The notes under the pieces are model-generated. The model had not been told where the DNA came from and ran no database searches. It saw only the letters and a program-made list of their open reading frames with translations. From Octopus sinensis (Eukaryota): a stretch of 20,215 bases of DNA. The stretch covers positions 1 through 20,215 of the forward strand of contig NW_021824317.1 of assembly GCF_006345805.1 (NCBI RefSeq), given 5' to 3'. Shown here piece by piece: positions 18,738-20,215 of this stretch; positions within the stretch are counted from its first letter, which is position 1, and each line of letters begins with the position of its first letter. The translations under genes and the position numbers were made by a program.

Positions 18738-19996
18738 CAGGTTACAGTGAATAAACTGTCGTCTAAATTACGCAAAAATGAAAATAATACTGACATCTCA
18801 TTTTAACAGATATATTTACCAAAATTACTTTAAAATATCTTGAAATACTAAAGAGTAAATGTATCCAATAAAATAGCCATTGGCTTCAACTACGGCCTCC
18901 AGACAACTTCGGAATCTCCTGCAACTCTTCTGGACGGTCTCCTTGTTTAACTTGGTGAATACTGCTATAATCCTTGCCCTCAGTTCATCTTTGGTGTTAC
19001 AAGGAGTTTTCGTGGTCTCTCGCTCAACTGCGACTACACATAACAGTCAAGGGGTTGGAGTCTGGGGAGTTAGGTGGTCAGATATAAGGGGTGATGTGAT
19101 TGCAGAAATTGTCTGACAGTCATGCCTGTGTTCCCTTGCTTGTTTGGCATGGTGCAGAGTCCTGTTGCCAGACATAGGGTCTTCCAGCAGCCACCCTCTT
19201 GACTCAGGGCAGCATTACCTCCTCCAGTCATTTGACGAAGGCTTCCGTTGTTGAGTCTGAGGCCGCGTGGGAAGATGAATGGAGGAATAGCATCGCCATC
19301 ACTAGTGATCACTCCAAACACCATGATGTTGACTGGATGTTTAATTTTTATCGCTCTTTCTACATGTTTTGAGGACATGGTAAGCCAACGGTTGTTTTAT
19401 ATGTTCTCCATCTGCTCCTGGCAGAAATTTCGTCTGATAAAATCTCGTCTGATAAAAACCAAAGCATGTTCAGTTGGAGGGGATACTTGAGTTTGATTAA
19501 GAGCTTCGTAGTGCAGTCTTTCCTCTTGTTTTTGATGTACTGGGATAAAAATTGGCCCTTTCTCATCTTGTATGAGGAATACCGAATGCTTTCATGCACT
19601 ACCTGCTTGATAAGAAACTCAGACACTCTCATGTCCCTGGCTATGGACCTCATTGACTTGGAGGGATCATTGTCAATCATGGCCTGGATCTCACCAACAA
19701 ATTCAAGAATTCTTTTATCAGAATGATCAGAGTGAGTTTTCTGAGCTGCCGTACCTTTGTAATCATCATTAAATTCTTCCAACCCTTTCTGAATCCTTTG
19801 CACTGTCCACAAATTGACACCCAAACACTCTGAAATGTTCGCATTGGAGCTTCCAGCGCGAATACCAAGCAGTACAACATGTCGTTTCCAAATTTCTGGC
19901 AGAGTGAATTGCGCCATGGTGCAATTTTTCGCACAGACTGTGCTCAACTGATCCTACTATACTGTGTAGTCGACAATCTTGTCTATTTATACCTTG
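18738..19996 (-). mobile_element. Tc1/mariner superfamily DNA transposon, DD37D (maT-type), ~1.26 kb, defective
   Basis: Carries the transposase relic below. Degraded TIRs share the TGTCG(T/A)CTA core (18757-18765 and 19968-19976). TA is present at 18736-18737; AA replaces TA at 19997-19998. Confidence 0.85.
18861..19917 (-). pseudogene. DD37D transposase pseudogene
   Basis: N-terminal HTH-like region (SMRSIARDMRVSEFLIKQVV), then WFLSDE (first Asp), MVFGVITSDG, YVWQQDSAPC (Asp at 19159-19161) and PPNSPDSNPLD (Asp at 19046-19048). I count 37 residues between the second and third Asp after correcting a 1-nt deletion. Several stops and frameshifts. Confidence 0.92.
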
Positions 19997-20125
19997 AATC
20001 TAGTATTAGACACAAATTCATGATTTTAATAAATAGACAAGATGGTTATGGCTGGAACGCTTCTGACCTTCTGACCATGAGTTTGCTCAGTCAGAGCAAA
20101 AACGGGGGGGGGGGTTAAACAACAA
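19997..20125 (+). repeat. dispersed repeat family D, 3' part
   Basis: GATGGTTATGGCTGGAACGC...GCTCAGTCAGAGC...GGGG..AAACAACAA matches 17815-17880. Confidence 0.55.
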
Positions 20126-20215
20126 GTGCAATGAAAAAATAAATATTTTAATTAAAAAATGAAATATAACTATCTCCGAACCTTGTTGGTGCACTAGTAT
20201 CTGTTACTATAGCAA

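Overview
AT-rich, microsatellite-saturated eukaryotic DNA. It is most likely an octopus (cephalopod) intronic or intergenic region; that assignment is inferred from recalled octopus tRNA-derived SINE families and was not verified by search. There are no prokaryotic features, CRISPR arrays or true RNA genes. The window is mostly transposable elements: several tRNA-derived SINE families (three copies keep target-site duplications), a non-autonomous Helitron, a ~250-bp fold-back MITE, a hAT/Charlie-type MITE and a ~1.26-kb decayed DD37D (maT-type Tc1/mariner) element on the minus strand. A ~1.06-kb unit (Helitron 3' part + MITE + flank) is tandemly duplicated between (TA)n arrays, and the two copies differ only by homopolymer/microsatellite indels. 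No gene can be named. The unique sequence holds a phase-compatible chain of candidate plus-strand exons (9049-11411), most of it bracketed by inverted SINE tails, and a candidate minus-strand terminal exon (13734-13979) with an in-frame TGA-C followed by 72 open codons. Most ORFs in the supplied track are microsatellite artefacts. SINE family labels A-E are my own.
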